50,070 nt of DNA. Source: a virus (lineage: Duplodnaviria; Caudoviricetes). Positions 28,009-37,655 of the stretch are shown one piece after another (positions within the stretch are counted from its first letter, which is position 1; each line of letters starts with the position of its first letter). The stretch spans positions 1 through 50,070 of the IMG/VR virus record IMGVR_UViG_3300034072_002243; one strand, 5' to 3'. Under the pieces are notes generated by a model. The model searched no databases. It worked only from the letters and a program-made list of their open reading frames with translations, and had not been told where the DNA came from. Position numbers and translations under genes: made by a program.

Positions 28009-29037
28009 TCAGGCTCCCTTCATCGCCTTGGCGCGCGCATCGAAGATCGCACTCGCCGAAATGGTCTTGGCCGTCGGACGCTCGCCGCCGTCCGGCAGCG
28101 CCTGGCCGCGCGCCGAACTGCGCTGACGGTCGTAGGACTGCGGATCGGTTTCCGCCTGCTTGGCCGTCGCCGGTGTCACGGCAAGCAGCGCCTTGACCTC
28201 GTCAACCGACATCGCGGTATTGAAGGCCAGGTGCCGAGCAACATCGGCGCGATCCTTGGCCTCCTCGCAATCGAGGATCGCCTTGATGCGCGCCTGCGCG
28301 TCATTGGCCGCCTGCGCCTGCAGGGCAGCGACGTCGGGCTTGTCGGCGGGTTTGCCGTCCGCCGTGGTCTTGTCAGTCATTTTCCGTTCCTTCTGACGTT
28401 TTGCGGCGGACGCCGCAGTGAGTTTCTCGCGGCACCAGCCATGCTCGGCCGCAAGGGCTGCAAGCCGCTCGGGCGCGGCTGCATAGGTCCGATAGTCAAA
28501 CGCGCTCACCCGGCCCGACACCGCTGTGCCGGTCGAGGTGGCATAGCCGGTGGCCACGGCTTCTGGCCCGGTCATCCAGGTCGTTGACGCCATCGCAGCC
28601 AGAACGGCATCCAGCGTCTGGCCTGACCGCTCTGCGTAGATCTCCGCCATCAGCTGGCCCTGCTTGCGCAAAACCCCTGCGGTGGATTCCATGTCGCTGG
28701 CCGTCCCCCAGCTTGCGGTCGAGGGCTCATGGATCATCATCAACGCGCCCTCGCGCATGATGATGTCCTCGCCAGCCATGGCGATGACCGATGCAGAGGA
28801 CGCGGCCATTGCGTCAATCTCGACCGTCACGCGACCCTTGTGAGCAACGAGCGCGTTGTAGATGGCAATCCCGTCGTCGAGATAGCCGCCACCAGAGTTG
28901 ATCCGCACAGTCAGGTCGTTCGAGCGTCCGTGCTCGGCCAGAGCCTCAAGGACTTCTCGGGCGGTAAAGCCCTCGTCCCAATAGTTTTCACCGACGAACC
29001 CGTAGAGCACGAGCTCGCCGTTCACATAGACGGGCAT
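28009..29037 (-). CDS. ClpP-type head maturation protease with C-terminal scaffold
   Basis: RINSGGG, AMAASSASVIAMAG, MMIHEP; internal RBS and Met (MTDKTT) could start a nested scaffold protein. Confidence 0.92.
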   Translation of the reverse strand: MPVYVNGELVLYGFVGENYWDEGFTAREVLEALAEHGRSNDLTVRINSGGGYLDDGIAIYNALVAHKGRVTVEIDAMAASSASVIAMAGEDIIMREGALMMIHEPSTASWGTASDMESTAGVLRKQGQLMAEIYAERSGQTLDAVLAAMASTTWMTGPEAVATGYATSTGTAVSGRVSAFDYRTYAAAPERLAALAAEHGWCREKLTAASAAKRQKERKMTDKTTADGKPADKPDVAALQAQAANDAQARIKAILDCEEAKDRADVARHLAFNTAMSVDEVKALLAVTPATAKQAETDPQSYDRQRSSARGQALPDGGERPTAKTISASAIFDARAKAMKGA

Positions 29038-29046
29038 GATGTAACC

Positions 29047-29307
29047 TCAGCTCCAGCGCACGGACTTGGCAAAGCGCGTGCGCGTTCCACCGGTTTTTGC
29101 CGCGCATTGCGCGTCGTACTGATTAATCAGCTGGCGCAGGGCCGGCAGGCTGGCCCGCGAGTAGGTGATCCGCTCGCCGTCGATCTCGACGCTTTCCACC
29201 GAGCCCCCGGTTGCAATGCGCAGCTCTGTCTTTTTGAGAGCCCGCACCATCGCGCAGGGATCGTCGATGTCGACGGGTTCGCCCCCGATGACAACCGTGT
29301 CAGTCAT
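29047..29307 (-). CDS. Head completion protein (lambda gpW-like)
   Basis: RIATGG..GERITYSRASLPALRQLI. Confidence 0.7.
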   Translation of the reverse strand: MTDTVVIGGEPVDIDDPCAMVRALKKTELRIATGGSVESVEIDGERITYSRASLPALRQLINQYDAQCAAKTGGTRTRFAKSVRWS

Positions 29308-30932
29308 CGCGCCCGCCTCCTGTCCTGCTCGTCATCATCTTCGGCATCCATCTGGCTTCCGCCTCCGGCTCCGGGATGCGGATCGTAAGGGGATCGCATG
29401 CCCGCCGCCCGGTACTGTTCATGCTCCGCCCGGCGCTGTTCAAAGATCTCGTCTGCATCGAGCCCGAGCTCGGCGCATTCGATGGCAATGGACGAGGTGC
29501 CGTTCGACAGACGTTCAGTCGAGGCCTTGGCGCTCTTGCCGTCATCTGCCGTCGGTTTCGCCGGCCCCTGCCACTGTGCCCAGGAGACAGCCGCTGGATC
29601 CCGGAGAAAGGCGCGATAGCCGCCCTTGAAAGGGATGCGGCCGGTGCCGATCATCTCGTCCAGCCATTGCTCGTACACGGCCTGACAGATCGGGGCGGCA
29701 ATGCGCTCGCGGCGTCGCATGACGACAGGCCAGAGCGTCGAGACCTCCATCCGGACCGACGAATAGGTCGCATTGCTGTGATCCATCGTCAGGCTGCCAT
29801 AGGTCACCCCGATCGCGCGCGCCATGTCCCGCGACAGGGCCGCAGAGAATGGCAGGTACTGTCCGCCGGGTGTGCCGGCGGTCTTGAGGTCGAAGCTTTC
29901 CCCGGGCGCGAGATGCGAGATTCTCGGATCCGAAGAGAACGAAACACCACTGTCGGCCGCGCGCTCGATGCTCCCTACGAGATACTCGGTGAAAGCGTTT
30001 GCGAACTCATCTGCACCATCAACGCGGTTGTTTTTCAGCGTCTCGATGGCTTCAAACGCATCCATTGATGGGCGTTCACTTGTCAGAACTGCCGCAAAGA
30101 TCGTCTGTAAAGTCGCGGTCTGCAGCGTCACATCATCAAGCCGCTCGTGCTGCAGATGTTTCCGAATTGCTGCCGCAAGAACTGATATCCCGCGTACGTC
30201 AGTCGCTTCGACCGGGTCGAAGACATGCAAGAACACCTGACGCCCGCTCGCATCCCGGCTGGGATAGCGTTGGCGCTTGGCAATGCCACGAACGCGATCC
30301 TCGAGCAGATAGCCGGTCGGACGACCGTTCCCGTCATGCCAGACGCCCTGGTAGAGCTGCTCGACCTCATTGGTCTCGCTGAGCAGCCGCGAGGCCGGGA
30401 ACAGGTTCAGCTTGGTGCCTGTCCGGATCCCATAACGCGAGCGCTCGCCCTGCTCCATGTACTCGAGCAGGCCAGTCACCTCGCCATACACGATGTACGC
30501 TCGCAGGGCTAAGTCCACGAGCTGCGGGAGCGAAAACTTGCCACGCAAGTCCACTTCAGCGGGTGACCAGGCAAAGCGTTTCCATTCAGCCTTGACCAGA
30601 CGACGCCACTCGGCGGCCTGCTCCGGCGAGTAGCCGAACCTGGCCAGATCGGGCTGCGGGTTAAGCTGAAGCTCAACGCCGACCGTATCGGCAATGACCT
30701 GGTCGACAGCTCCTTTGAGACGCCCCGAATTGTGGATGAGATCAGCGGCAATTGCCGCCGCCCGCCGCCAGGACCGCCGGATCTCGTCACGGCTCTCGCT
30801 GAGCGAAACGCCACGGGCATCAATGATCCCGCTGTCCGTGTCCCGAAGGTAACGGGCCTGCGCCCGAGGCGCTGAAACCGGCGCGACGCGGCCGGCAGCG
30901 ACTGCGGCCTTTCCGCGTCTGCGTTTTGTCAT
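29304..30932 (-). CDS. Portal protein (lambda family)
   Basis: 542 aa; VRGISVLA and DHSNATYSSVR motifs. Confidence 0.93.
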   Translation of the reverse strand: MTKRRRGKAAVAAGRVAPVSAPRAQARYLRDTDSGIIDARGVSLSESRDEIRRSWRRAAAIAADLIHNSGRLKGAVDQVIADTVGVELQLNPQPDLARFGYSPEQAAEWRRLVKAEWKRFAWSPAEVDLRGKFSLPQLVDLALRAYIVYGEVTGLLEYMEQGERSRYGIRTGTKLNLFPASRLLSETNEVEQLYQGVWHDGNGRPTGYLLEDRVRGIAKRQRYPSRDASGRQVFLHVFDPVEATDVRGISVLAAAIRKHLQHERLDDVTLQTATLQTIFAAVLTSERPSMDAFEAIETLKNNRVDGADEFANAFTEYLVGSIERAADSGVSFSSDPRISHLAPGESFDLKTAGTPGGQYLPFSAALSRDMARAIGVTYGSLTMDHSNATYSSVRMEVSTLWPVVMRRRERIAAPICQAVYEQWLDEMIGTGRIPFKGGYRAFLRDPAAVSWAQWQGPAKPTADDGKSAKASTERLSNGTSSIAIECAELGLDADEIFEQRRAEHEQYRAAGMRSPYDPHPGAGGGSQMDAEDDDEQDRRRAR

Positions 30933-32899
30933 CGGTTTGCGAACCTTTCCCGAATACTCGGCTTGTTCTGGCGATCATCAGTCTTGGCAGGAGGCGTGAC
31001 TGCTGGCTTGGGAGCCGTAGTCGGCAACCTTCCGAGCAGGTCTTCAATATCCCCTTGCTCAGGCTCTTGCGGGGTTTCGCGTTCCTGCTCGTACTGGTCC
31101 CAAAGACGATCAAGCATGTCGCGAACACCGAATCGGATCGCTGCCGCCTCGGCCTGGTTCATCGTGTCCAGTCCTTCGTTGGCCTGCGACGGATCTTTCT
31201 TCCAGCGATAGACTTCAAATCCGTCACGGTTCCGCTCTCCGACCCGACGCTCGGAAGTCACCTGCCGGTAGTACTCGTCTTCAAGACCACGCGGGAATGC
31301 GATGTATCCTGTCTCGAGCGGATCCTGCTTCCGCGCATTGCGGTAGAGAGCCATCTTCAGAACCGAGCTGTTGAAAGTGTAGAAGCGCTTGGAATAACGC
31401 AGCTTCTTGCCCGTTCGATGGTTGGTCTCCTTGCTGACCTTCTGCAGCAATGGTGCTGTGTCCTGATTGCCGCCACGCACCATGATGACCCGGCTTGCCG
31501 GATGGCGTCTGACCCAATCCCAAACTTCTTCGGTGTAGGCATTGCCATCGATGGCGAGCATGTCCAGCTTCAGCCGGTTGCCCGCGCTATTCACCCAGGT
31601 TTGGTGCAACAGCTGGTCGAGACGATCCCGAGTGGTCTGTTCGGAAATGTGCCCTGGGATCACGCCGTAATCGATCACGAACCTGTTGCGCGACCGGCCC
31701 CAGCCGATCAATTGCCACTCAACCCGATCCTGCTGGCAGTCGACGCCGGCAGTCAGGATCAGCGCGCCGGGAGGCACCTTGCCACGGTCGTAAACGGATT
31801 CCGCTCCACGATTGCGCAGCTCCTCCCAAGGCGGAGCCTCGCCGAGCGCCTGATATGCCTGCCCGACCACATCGTTCAGAAACGTCTGCTCGCTGGCCGG
31901 ATCGCCCTTGGCCTTGAGCCAGGATCGCGCGATGCGCTCCCAGCTCTGCAGGATCGAAAATGCTGACCAAAGCTCAAAGCTGCGATGGTGCCGCTTTGCC
32001 TTCGGATTGTGCGCTCGCCATTCATGCTGCCGCATCATCTGAGCGCGGTGATGCTCCTCGATGACAGCACCGCAATCGGGGCCTTCGCAGACAAAATGCG
32101 CACGCTCCGGCGCATCCTCGTCGAGGTTGGCCAGCATGTTCTCCCAGCGCAATACCTGCATGTATCCGCAGTGCGGGCACGGGAGATAAAGATACTCCTG
32201 ACTGCCGTCTTCAAAGTTCTTTGTGATGCGGCACCCTGGAATGACCAGAGGTGTCGAGATTTTCAGGATCTTGGCGAATTCGTGCGCCTGTGAGCGGCTG
32301 TCAGCCTGCGCTTCGGGATCACCCGCGCTGTTGTTTTCCCACTTCGACAGATCGTCCTGGACCTGTCTTTTCATCGCGACCTGCGACAAGGACGCCGGCG
32401 AGTTCGCGCCGGTGATCAGGATCGCACCTTGACCATCGACCCGCTCCTTGTACAGGACCGAGTCATGGCCATCACGCGCCTTCATCGGGAATAGCGCGCT
32501 CAGAGACACCGTGCCTTTTAGCATCGGTGCCAGCTTCATTTTTGACCAGCGCTGCGCGTTGTTCTCGGTCGGATGGACATAAAGAATGTCACCCGGGTCC
32601 ATCGCAATCGAGCCACCGGTGAAGACGTTCGCGAGAACCGTCCCCCCGAGCTGCGCCGACTTCTTGAGCGTCACGATCCGGCAAGGATCTTCCGGCGAAA
32701 GAGCCCGCAATGGCTCGTCGAAGTAGGGAAACAGGTCTCGGTTGTATGGTCCTGGATAGGGGCTCTCACGCTTCGAGAAGACGATGTTCTGCTCGGCCCA
32801 CGTCAAATAGTCCACCGGCGGCGGCGGCTGCCAGACGGCTGCCATTGCCTCGAGAGCAAGCCGCTCGGCGTTCGCCGTATGCACGATCATATGCGACAC
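30929..32899 (-). CDS. Terminase large subunit (lambda gpA family)
   Basis: KSAQLGGT, KISTP, LPCPHCG, LTAGVDCQ and NEGLD motifs; start is GTG 32899 or ATG 32890. Confidence 0.95.
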   Translation of the reverse strand: MSHMIVHTANAERLALEAMAAVWQPPPPVDYLTWAEQNIVFSKRESPYPGPYNRDLFPYFDEPLRALSPEDPCRIVTLKKSAQLGGTVLANVFTGGSIAMDPGDILYVHPTENNAQRWSKMKLAPMLKGTVSLSALFPMKARDGHDSVLYKERVDGQGAILITGANSPASLSQVAMKRQVQDDLSKWENNSAGDPEAQADSRSQAHEFAKILKISTPLVIPGCRITKNFEDGSQEYLYLPCPHCGYMQVLRWENMLANLDEDAPERAHFVCEGPDCGAVIEEHHRAQMMRQHEWRAHNPKAKRHHRSFELWSAFSILQSWERIARSWLKAKGDPASEQTFLNDVVGQAYQALGEAPPWEELRNRGAESVYDRGKVPPGALILTAGVDCQQDRVEWQLIGWGRSRNRFVIDYGVIPGHISEQTTRDRLDQLLHQTWVNSAGNRLKLDMLAIDGNAYTEEVWDWVRRHPASRVIMVRGGNQDTAPLLQKVSKETNHRTGKKLRYSKRFYTFNSSVLKMALYRNARKQDPLETGYIAFPRGLEDEYYRQVTSERRVGERNRDGFEVYRWKKDPSQANEGLDTMNQAEAAAIRFGVRDMLDRLWDQYEQERETPQEPEQGDIEDLLGRLPTTAPKPAVTPPAKTDDRQNKPSIRERFANR

Positions 32900-32900
32900 G

Positions 32901-33563
32901 TCAGGCCTCGGCTTCGACTGGACTCTCAACCGCGTCCGGCGTCTCGCTCGCCCGCCTTGCTGCCTCAACGGCAGCCTTGGCGCGGACATGGCGGAACTCG
33001 GCGGTCAGCAAAAACAGCACATCCCTTTGCGGCACTTTGAACTTACCCGAGATCGCCGAAGCAAAGTCCGCCAGTGCACCTTCGAACGTCTGAACCATCG
33101 TGGATGCCAATGTGGTCATCTGGTTTCGAGCCGCAGTTGTCTCGATAAACCGGCCACGACGCGCCTGTTCTTCCTCGGCAAACCGCCGGTTCTGGAACTG
33201 TGCAGCCTTCAGCTTTTCGCGCTTGATCTGGCCTTCAATGCTGAAGTCCTCGGTCAGCGCCTGCGGCGCGGGCGCAGCGGCTTCGGCCTGCTGCGCTGGT
33301 ATCGGCAATGCCGTCTGAATAGCCACGGCATCCAGCCGTGTCTCGATGCCATTGCCGAGACGTTGCGAGATGTCGAGCGATTGGCGCAGCTGCGCCTTCG
33401 CCACTTCCGCGCGGATCTTCGCCATCCGGCCTTCGCCGGCCAGCGCAGGGCCGTGGATTTTCCCCTCGGCGATCAGCTGCGACACCCGGCCAGGGCTCAC
33501 ATTTATGAGTTTCGCGAACTCGCCCTTCGAGACGGGCGTCTCGCCGGCAAGCACGGCACTCAA
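32901..33563 (-). CDS. Terminase small subunit (Nu1-like)
   Basis: N-terminal HTH SKGEFAKLINVSPGRVSQLI; directly upstream of the large subunit. Confidence 0.85.
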   Translation of the reverse strand: MSAVLAGETPVSKGEFAKLINVSPGRVSQLIAEGKIHGPALAGEGRMAKIRAEVAKAQLRQSLDISQRLGNGIETRLDAVAIQTALPIPAQQAEAAAPAPQALTEDFSIEGQIKREKLKAAQFQNRRFAEEEQARRGRFIETTAARNQMTTLASTMVQTFEGALADFASAISGKFKVPQRDVLFLLTAEFRHVRAKAAVEAARRASETPDAVESPVEAEA

Positions 33564-33576
33564 TTTGCGCTCCCAG

Positions 33577-33715
33577 TTTAGCGGGTTTCTTTAGCGGGGT
33601 TGTTTAGTTCTTGAATTCTTTAGGCTTTTCTTTAGTCGTCAGACTGGCCAAATTCGGCAGGTCCCCATGCCCGCTGGGGAGCAAAAAGGGGGTACGGTCC
33701 CTAGCAGGGGGGGGT
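33577..33715 (-). other. Putative cos packaging region
   Basis: Five TTTAG repeats, a GC-rich 12-mer and a cosQ-like GGGACCG upstream of the small terminase gene. Confidence 0.5.
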
Positions 33716-33734
33716 AGGCCAGCCCGGCGAGGGG

Positions 33735-34301
33735 TCAGGCGAGGAGCCGGGCGATGAGGCGGTCGACGCGCGCTGGCAGGACCTGCTCTGCCTCGACGCG
33801 GAAGCTCTCGGCGGATGCAGCCCGCACCATCTCGTCGGGGATGCGCACCTGCGAGCGGACCTGATGGATGTGCATCCGATCACCATGCCGTGCCCAGACG
33901 TGGCCACCGAAGTATTCCACGTCCTTGCGGTTCGGGAACTTGCCGCCGCGCATGAACGATCCCGGATACAGCCGTGACTTACCGAAAGGCTTGGCCACCA
34001 CACCGCGCCGGGTCTCGCGGGGCTTGAGATACTTCAGGCGGATGAACCCGCCCCGTGTCCGCAATGCATAGAGCAGCTGCCCGGGCTTGGCGGTCGACGC
34101 CTCAAGGACAGCCTCATGGATCACCTTGCGATCAAGGCCCGTCTGCTTGACGAGCGCCCGGATCACGCGGGTCTTTGCGCGGCGCCCGACCTGGTTCACC
34201 GTGCGGGCGAGAGCGAGAGGAAAGCGGGTTTCCAGCTCCACCATCTGCCGCTCGAGCTTTTCCAGCCCGCTAACATCGCGCCAGTGCAGCGTGTAGGTCA
34301 C
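33735..34301 (-). CDS. Minor tail protein Z-like
   Basis: ALARTVNQVGRRAKTRV..KQTGL..YPGSF; basic, 188 aa. Confidence 0.65.
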   Translation of the reverse strand: MTYTLHWRDVSGLEKLERQMVELETRFPLALARTVNQVGRRAKTRVIRALVKQTGLDRKVIHEAVLEASTAKPGQLLYALRTRGGFIRLKYLKPRETRRGVVAKPFGKSRLYPGSFMRGGKFPNRKDVEYFGGHVWARHGDRMHIHQVRSQVRIPDEMVRAASAESFRVEAEQVLPARVDRLIARLLA

Positions 34302-34335
34302 ATCTCAGCCCCCTTTGACCGATGGACACCAGCCC

Positions 34336-34373
34336 AAAGAAAAACCCCGGCTCGCGAAGGCGACCGGGGTTTT
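34336..34373 (-). terminator. Intrinsic terminator at the head of the late operon (tR'-like)
   Basis: CCCCGG-TCGC..GCGA-G-CCGGGG followed by TTTTTCTTT. Confidence 0.75.
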
Positions 34374-34419
34374 GATCTGATTTACCGTGGATGAACATGC
34401 TCCAAATTCCAGACGGACG

Positions 34420-35313
34420 TCAATCCCCTTTTTTGCGCTTTGCGGGCCGGCCAGTGGCGCGCACGGTCACCAGACCGGCCACAGGGCGGCGATTGGGCAA
34501 TGTGGCCAAGGGGTTGGTGGCGGTGCGGTCGCGCAGGACGCGGCCCGAATTTGTCTCCCAAGGCCGCTCGCAGAGTGTGGACGGCAGCAGCTCGACGGCC
34601 TCAAGGCTCCCGGCAAGGTCTTCGACCAGCACATCGAGCGCCGCACGCCAGACTTCGGCTTCCATGCGCGCGACAAGAACATCGACCGGGCATGGATCGA
34701 GATAGGTCTTGCCATAGGCATCCGGATACGGCGCCTTTGCCTTCGGGTCATAGCCATCAACCTCGACCTCATGCACCTCGCCAAAGGCCCCGACGCTCTG
34801 GATCTTGCGGAACCAACGGGGCTTGCCGTTCGCTGCCACGGCCACCCGCTGCTCCGGCTCATCGAGCGTCAGGTCCGGGAGACCGAGAATGGCAAAGTTG
34901 CGGATCAGCACCGACAAGGGCCGTCGCAACCGGAGCCCCTCGCCGCCCGACATGAACACGCCGGCCAGCACATCCCGAGCGACCTCAGCCGCGCAGGGGC
35001 CAAGCTCCAGGTCGGCAAACCCGCCCCAGTCCGCCGGCAGGTCCGGTGCCAGGCTGTCCAGCGCCAGAACCGCCGCATGGATCGCCAGCGCATCGGCATG
35101 CGGTGCGCCGTCGCCGCCACGGTCCGGCACCACGCCATAGCGATTGTCCGGCACGGCCCAGAGGTCCGCCGCTTCCGCAGCCGCCTCATGACCCCCGCGC
35201 AGCCGCGCCGGGCCGCCCCAGGCCGCCGGGCCACGGGCCTCGACCTGCGCCTTGGGCAGCTCGTCGCGATAGGTCCAGCGCAGCGCATCCTCAATCGTCA
35301 TCGTCTTCCGCAT
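34420..35313 (-). CDS. Hypothetical protein in the late-regulator (Q) position
   Basis: 297 aa between the replication origin and the late operon. Confidence 0.65.
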   Translation of the reverse strand: MRKTMTIEDALRWTYRDELPKAQVEARGPAAWGGPARLRGGHEAAAEAADLWAVPDNRYGVVPDRGGDGAPHADALAIHAAVLALDSLAPDLPADWGGFADLELGPCAAEVARDVLAGVFMSGGEGLRLRRPLSVLIRNFAILGLPDLTLDEPEQRVAVAANGKPRWFRKIQSVGAFGEVHEVEVDGYDPKAKAPYPDAYGKTYLDPCPVDVLVARMEAEVWRAALDVLVEDLAGSLEAVELLPSTLCERPWETNSGRVLRDRTATNPLATLPNRRPVAGLVTVRATGRPAKRKKGD

Positions 35314-35344
35314 GGTGAGACCCCTTTTCCGGTGGTTTGACGCC

Positions 35345-35656
35345 TCAGGGAGGCAAGGGAAGCTGGAAACACCCGTTCCGGCTTGCTTCCCTGCTTGCTT
35401 CCCTGTTTCAACCCATTGGCTTCATTTGATTATTTCCCCTAAAACCCTTCTCAGGGACGATAGGGAGGATGTTTTCAATAAAACGCGTGAGAGAGGTTTC
35501 AGAAAAAAGAGGGAGTATCCCCTTGCCCCCTTCTCACACGCGTACCTGCGACAATCCTCCCTAGCGTCCCTACCGTCCGAACCTGTTGAAATCCTTCGCA
35601 CTTCCTCAGGGACGCAGCGACGGCAGGGACGGTGCTTGCTTCCCTAGCCTCCCTGA
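35345..35656. repeat. Putative replication origin with nested inverted iterons
   Basis: Many AGGGA(C/G/A)G motifs in both orientations around an AT-rich core, downstream of the helicase gene. Confidence 0.7.
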
Positions 35657-35726
35657 AATCCGGCTGTTTCGGGCAGCATTGCCGGATCCCGGGCGCCGAC
35701 GGGGGTGCGAGAGGGGGCGAGCGGGC

Positions 35727-37655
35727 TCATGCGCCGGGCCACGGCTCCCAGTCGCCGGTCTTCTCGATCGGCTTCAGGCGGATGCCGCGATAGACGGTGC
35801 GCCCGTCGGTCTTGGCCTTGCGGAATCCCTTCTTCACCGCCTTCATCGGCAGCTGCCGGGTGAAGGTGCTGGCGTTCCAGATGTTGACCCCCTGCCCCTC
35901 GCAGAACACCTTGAACCGGGTGTAGAGATCGCCCGGCGAGGCCGTGTCGCTGTCATCCCCCGTCACCTGGCATTCCGCGTCGATGAAGGCCCCGATCGGG
36001 TCACTCTCCTCGCGGTAGGTGTCGGTTGCGGCGCGCACCGCGTCCGGGATCATCAGCCCGTGGGTGAGGTATTCGAGCGCGCCTTCCAGCAGCCAGTTGA
36101 GCACCCCTGCCCGCTCGCCCCACAGCCGGTCGGGCAATTGCCGGTCTACCTCGGCAACGGGGATCTGCACCTCCCATGGCACCAGCAGCACGCGCCGCCA
36201 GATGCCGTCGTCCGCGCCGCGCACGTCCGGCTTGTGGTTGCCCGAGATGACCAGCTTGAAGGTCGGGTAGACCTCGTTGAACTCGGCATGCAGGCGGCGG
36301 ATCAGGATCGGCTCGCCGGAGGTGAGCGACTTGATCATGCTCTCGCGGAACTTCATGCCCTGCTCGGGCTCGGCCGCACGCACCAGGCGCGCGCCGGGCA
36401 CACGGGCGAGATCCGGCGTTGCCTCACCGCCCTTGCGCCGGTCGTCGCCGGCCAGCGTCTCGAAGGGCACGGTGGTCGAATACTCACCCATGATGCGGGC
36501 GATCAGGTCGACCAGCGTCGACTTGCCGTTGCGCCCCTCGCCATAGAAAAACACGAACACCTGTTCGGTGGTCAGGGCCGTGAGGGCATAGCCGAAATAG
36601 CGCTTGAGGAACCCCCGTATGTCGGCCTGCGGCTGCACGCGCTCGAGGAAGGCGAGGAACGCCGGACAGGTGGCGAGCGGGTCATAGTCCACCGGCACCA
36701 GCTTGGTGATCATGTCCTCGCGCACATGCGGGCCATGCTGCAGCGTCCACAGCCGGCGCACATAGGCCGGGTCCGGGCTGTCCGGATCCTCTTCCGAGGT
36801 AAAGCGCATGGTGCCGGACAAGAGGTTGATCGCCAGCGGCTCCCGGTCCATGTCGCGCAGCAGCTGCGAGACATAGGGCTCAGCCTCACGCAACATGTTG
36901 TCCACCTTGCCGCTGGATCCGGATGTCTTGCCATAGCGCCGCCGCGCGGCCTTGCGCGAGGCAACGGCCTTTTCCGCTTCCGCCCCCTGGCGCAGGGACT
37001 CCTCGAGACCCATGCGTTCGGATTTCTGCTCCGGTGTCTCGTCCTTGGGCTTTGGCCAGGTGCGAAGCAGCCGCAGGGCGTCCTTGCCGGCGTCGATGGC
37101 CAGCTGTTCGCGCTCGCTCGGGCGGATGAAAAACGTCTCGGCGGCGATCAGCTCGGAGGCCTGATGTGCCAGCTTGCGCGTCTGGGTGTTGTTGCCGACA
37201 TCCTCGGCCCAGCGGGTGCCGTCATAGATATACCAACCGACGTTCGCCACATGCACCACGTCGGCGCGGAACCGGTGCAGGAAGCGCCGGCCGTTGCCGA
37301 TGTCGGTCTCCGGCTCTCCGGCGCAGACCTCGAGGTGCGGATCAGCGCCCGCGCCATCGTCAATCCCGTCGCCCGCGTCGAAGACCGGCTCCCAGTCGCC
37401 ATCGGGCATGCCGTCGAACCCGCCCGCATCTTCGCCCATATCCCCGCCCATATCGCCGCCCGGCCGGGGGTGGCGCGAGGGGGCAACGCCGGACGCGGCA
37501 ACAGGCGTGGAGGCGTCCCAGGTGTGGCTGTCGGCGCCGTCCACCAGCTCGAGGATCTGGCGATCAGCGTCCGACAGGGCCGGACTTCCGGCAGCCGTCG
37601 TCATCGCCGGCGCGTCTTGCTGACGGCCCGGGCCTTGCGTCTTGCCCTCATCCAT
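35727..37655 (-). CDS. P4-family/D5-like SF3 helicase (primase-associated)
   Basis: TDIGNGRRF, Walker A YGEGRNGKST, IKSLTSGE, DDGIWRR. Confidence 0.93.
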   Translation of the reverse strand: MDEGKTQGPGRQQDAPAMTTAAGSPALSDADRQILELVDGADSHTWDASTPVAASGVAPSRHPRPGGDMGGDMGEDAGGFDGMPDGDWEPVFDAGDGIDDGAGADPHLEVCAGEPETDIGNGRRFLHRFRADVVHVANVGWYIYDGTRWAEDVGNNTQTRKLAHQASELIAAETFFIRPSEREQLAIDAGKDALRLLRTWPKPKDETPEQKSERMGLEESLRQGAEAEKAVASRKAARRRYGKTSGSSGKVDNMLREAEPYVSQLLRDMDREPLAINLLSGTMRFTSEEDPDSPDPAYVRRLWTLQHGPHVREDMITKLVPVDYDPLATCPAFLAFLERVQPQADIRGFLKRYFGYALTALTTEQVFVFFYGEGRNGKSTLVDLIARIMGEYSTTVPFETLAGDDRRKGGEATPDLARVPGARLVRAAEPEQGMKFRESMIKSLTSGEPILIRRLHAEFNEVYPTFKLVISGNHKPDVRGADDGIWRRVLLVPWEVQIPVAEVDRQLPDRLWGERAGVLNWLLEGALEYLTHGLMIPDAVRAATDTYREESDPIGAFIDAECQVTGDDSDTASPGDLYTRFKVFCEGQGVNIWNASTFTRQLPMKAVKKGFRKAKTDGRTVYRGIRLKPIEKTGDWEPWPGA

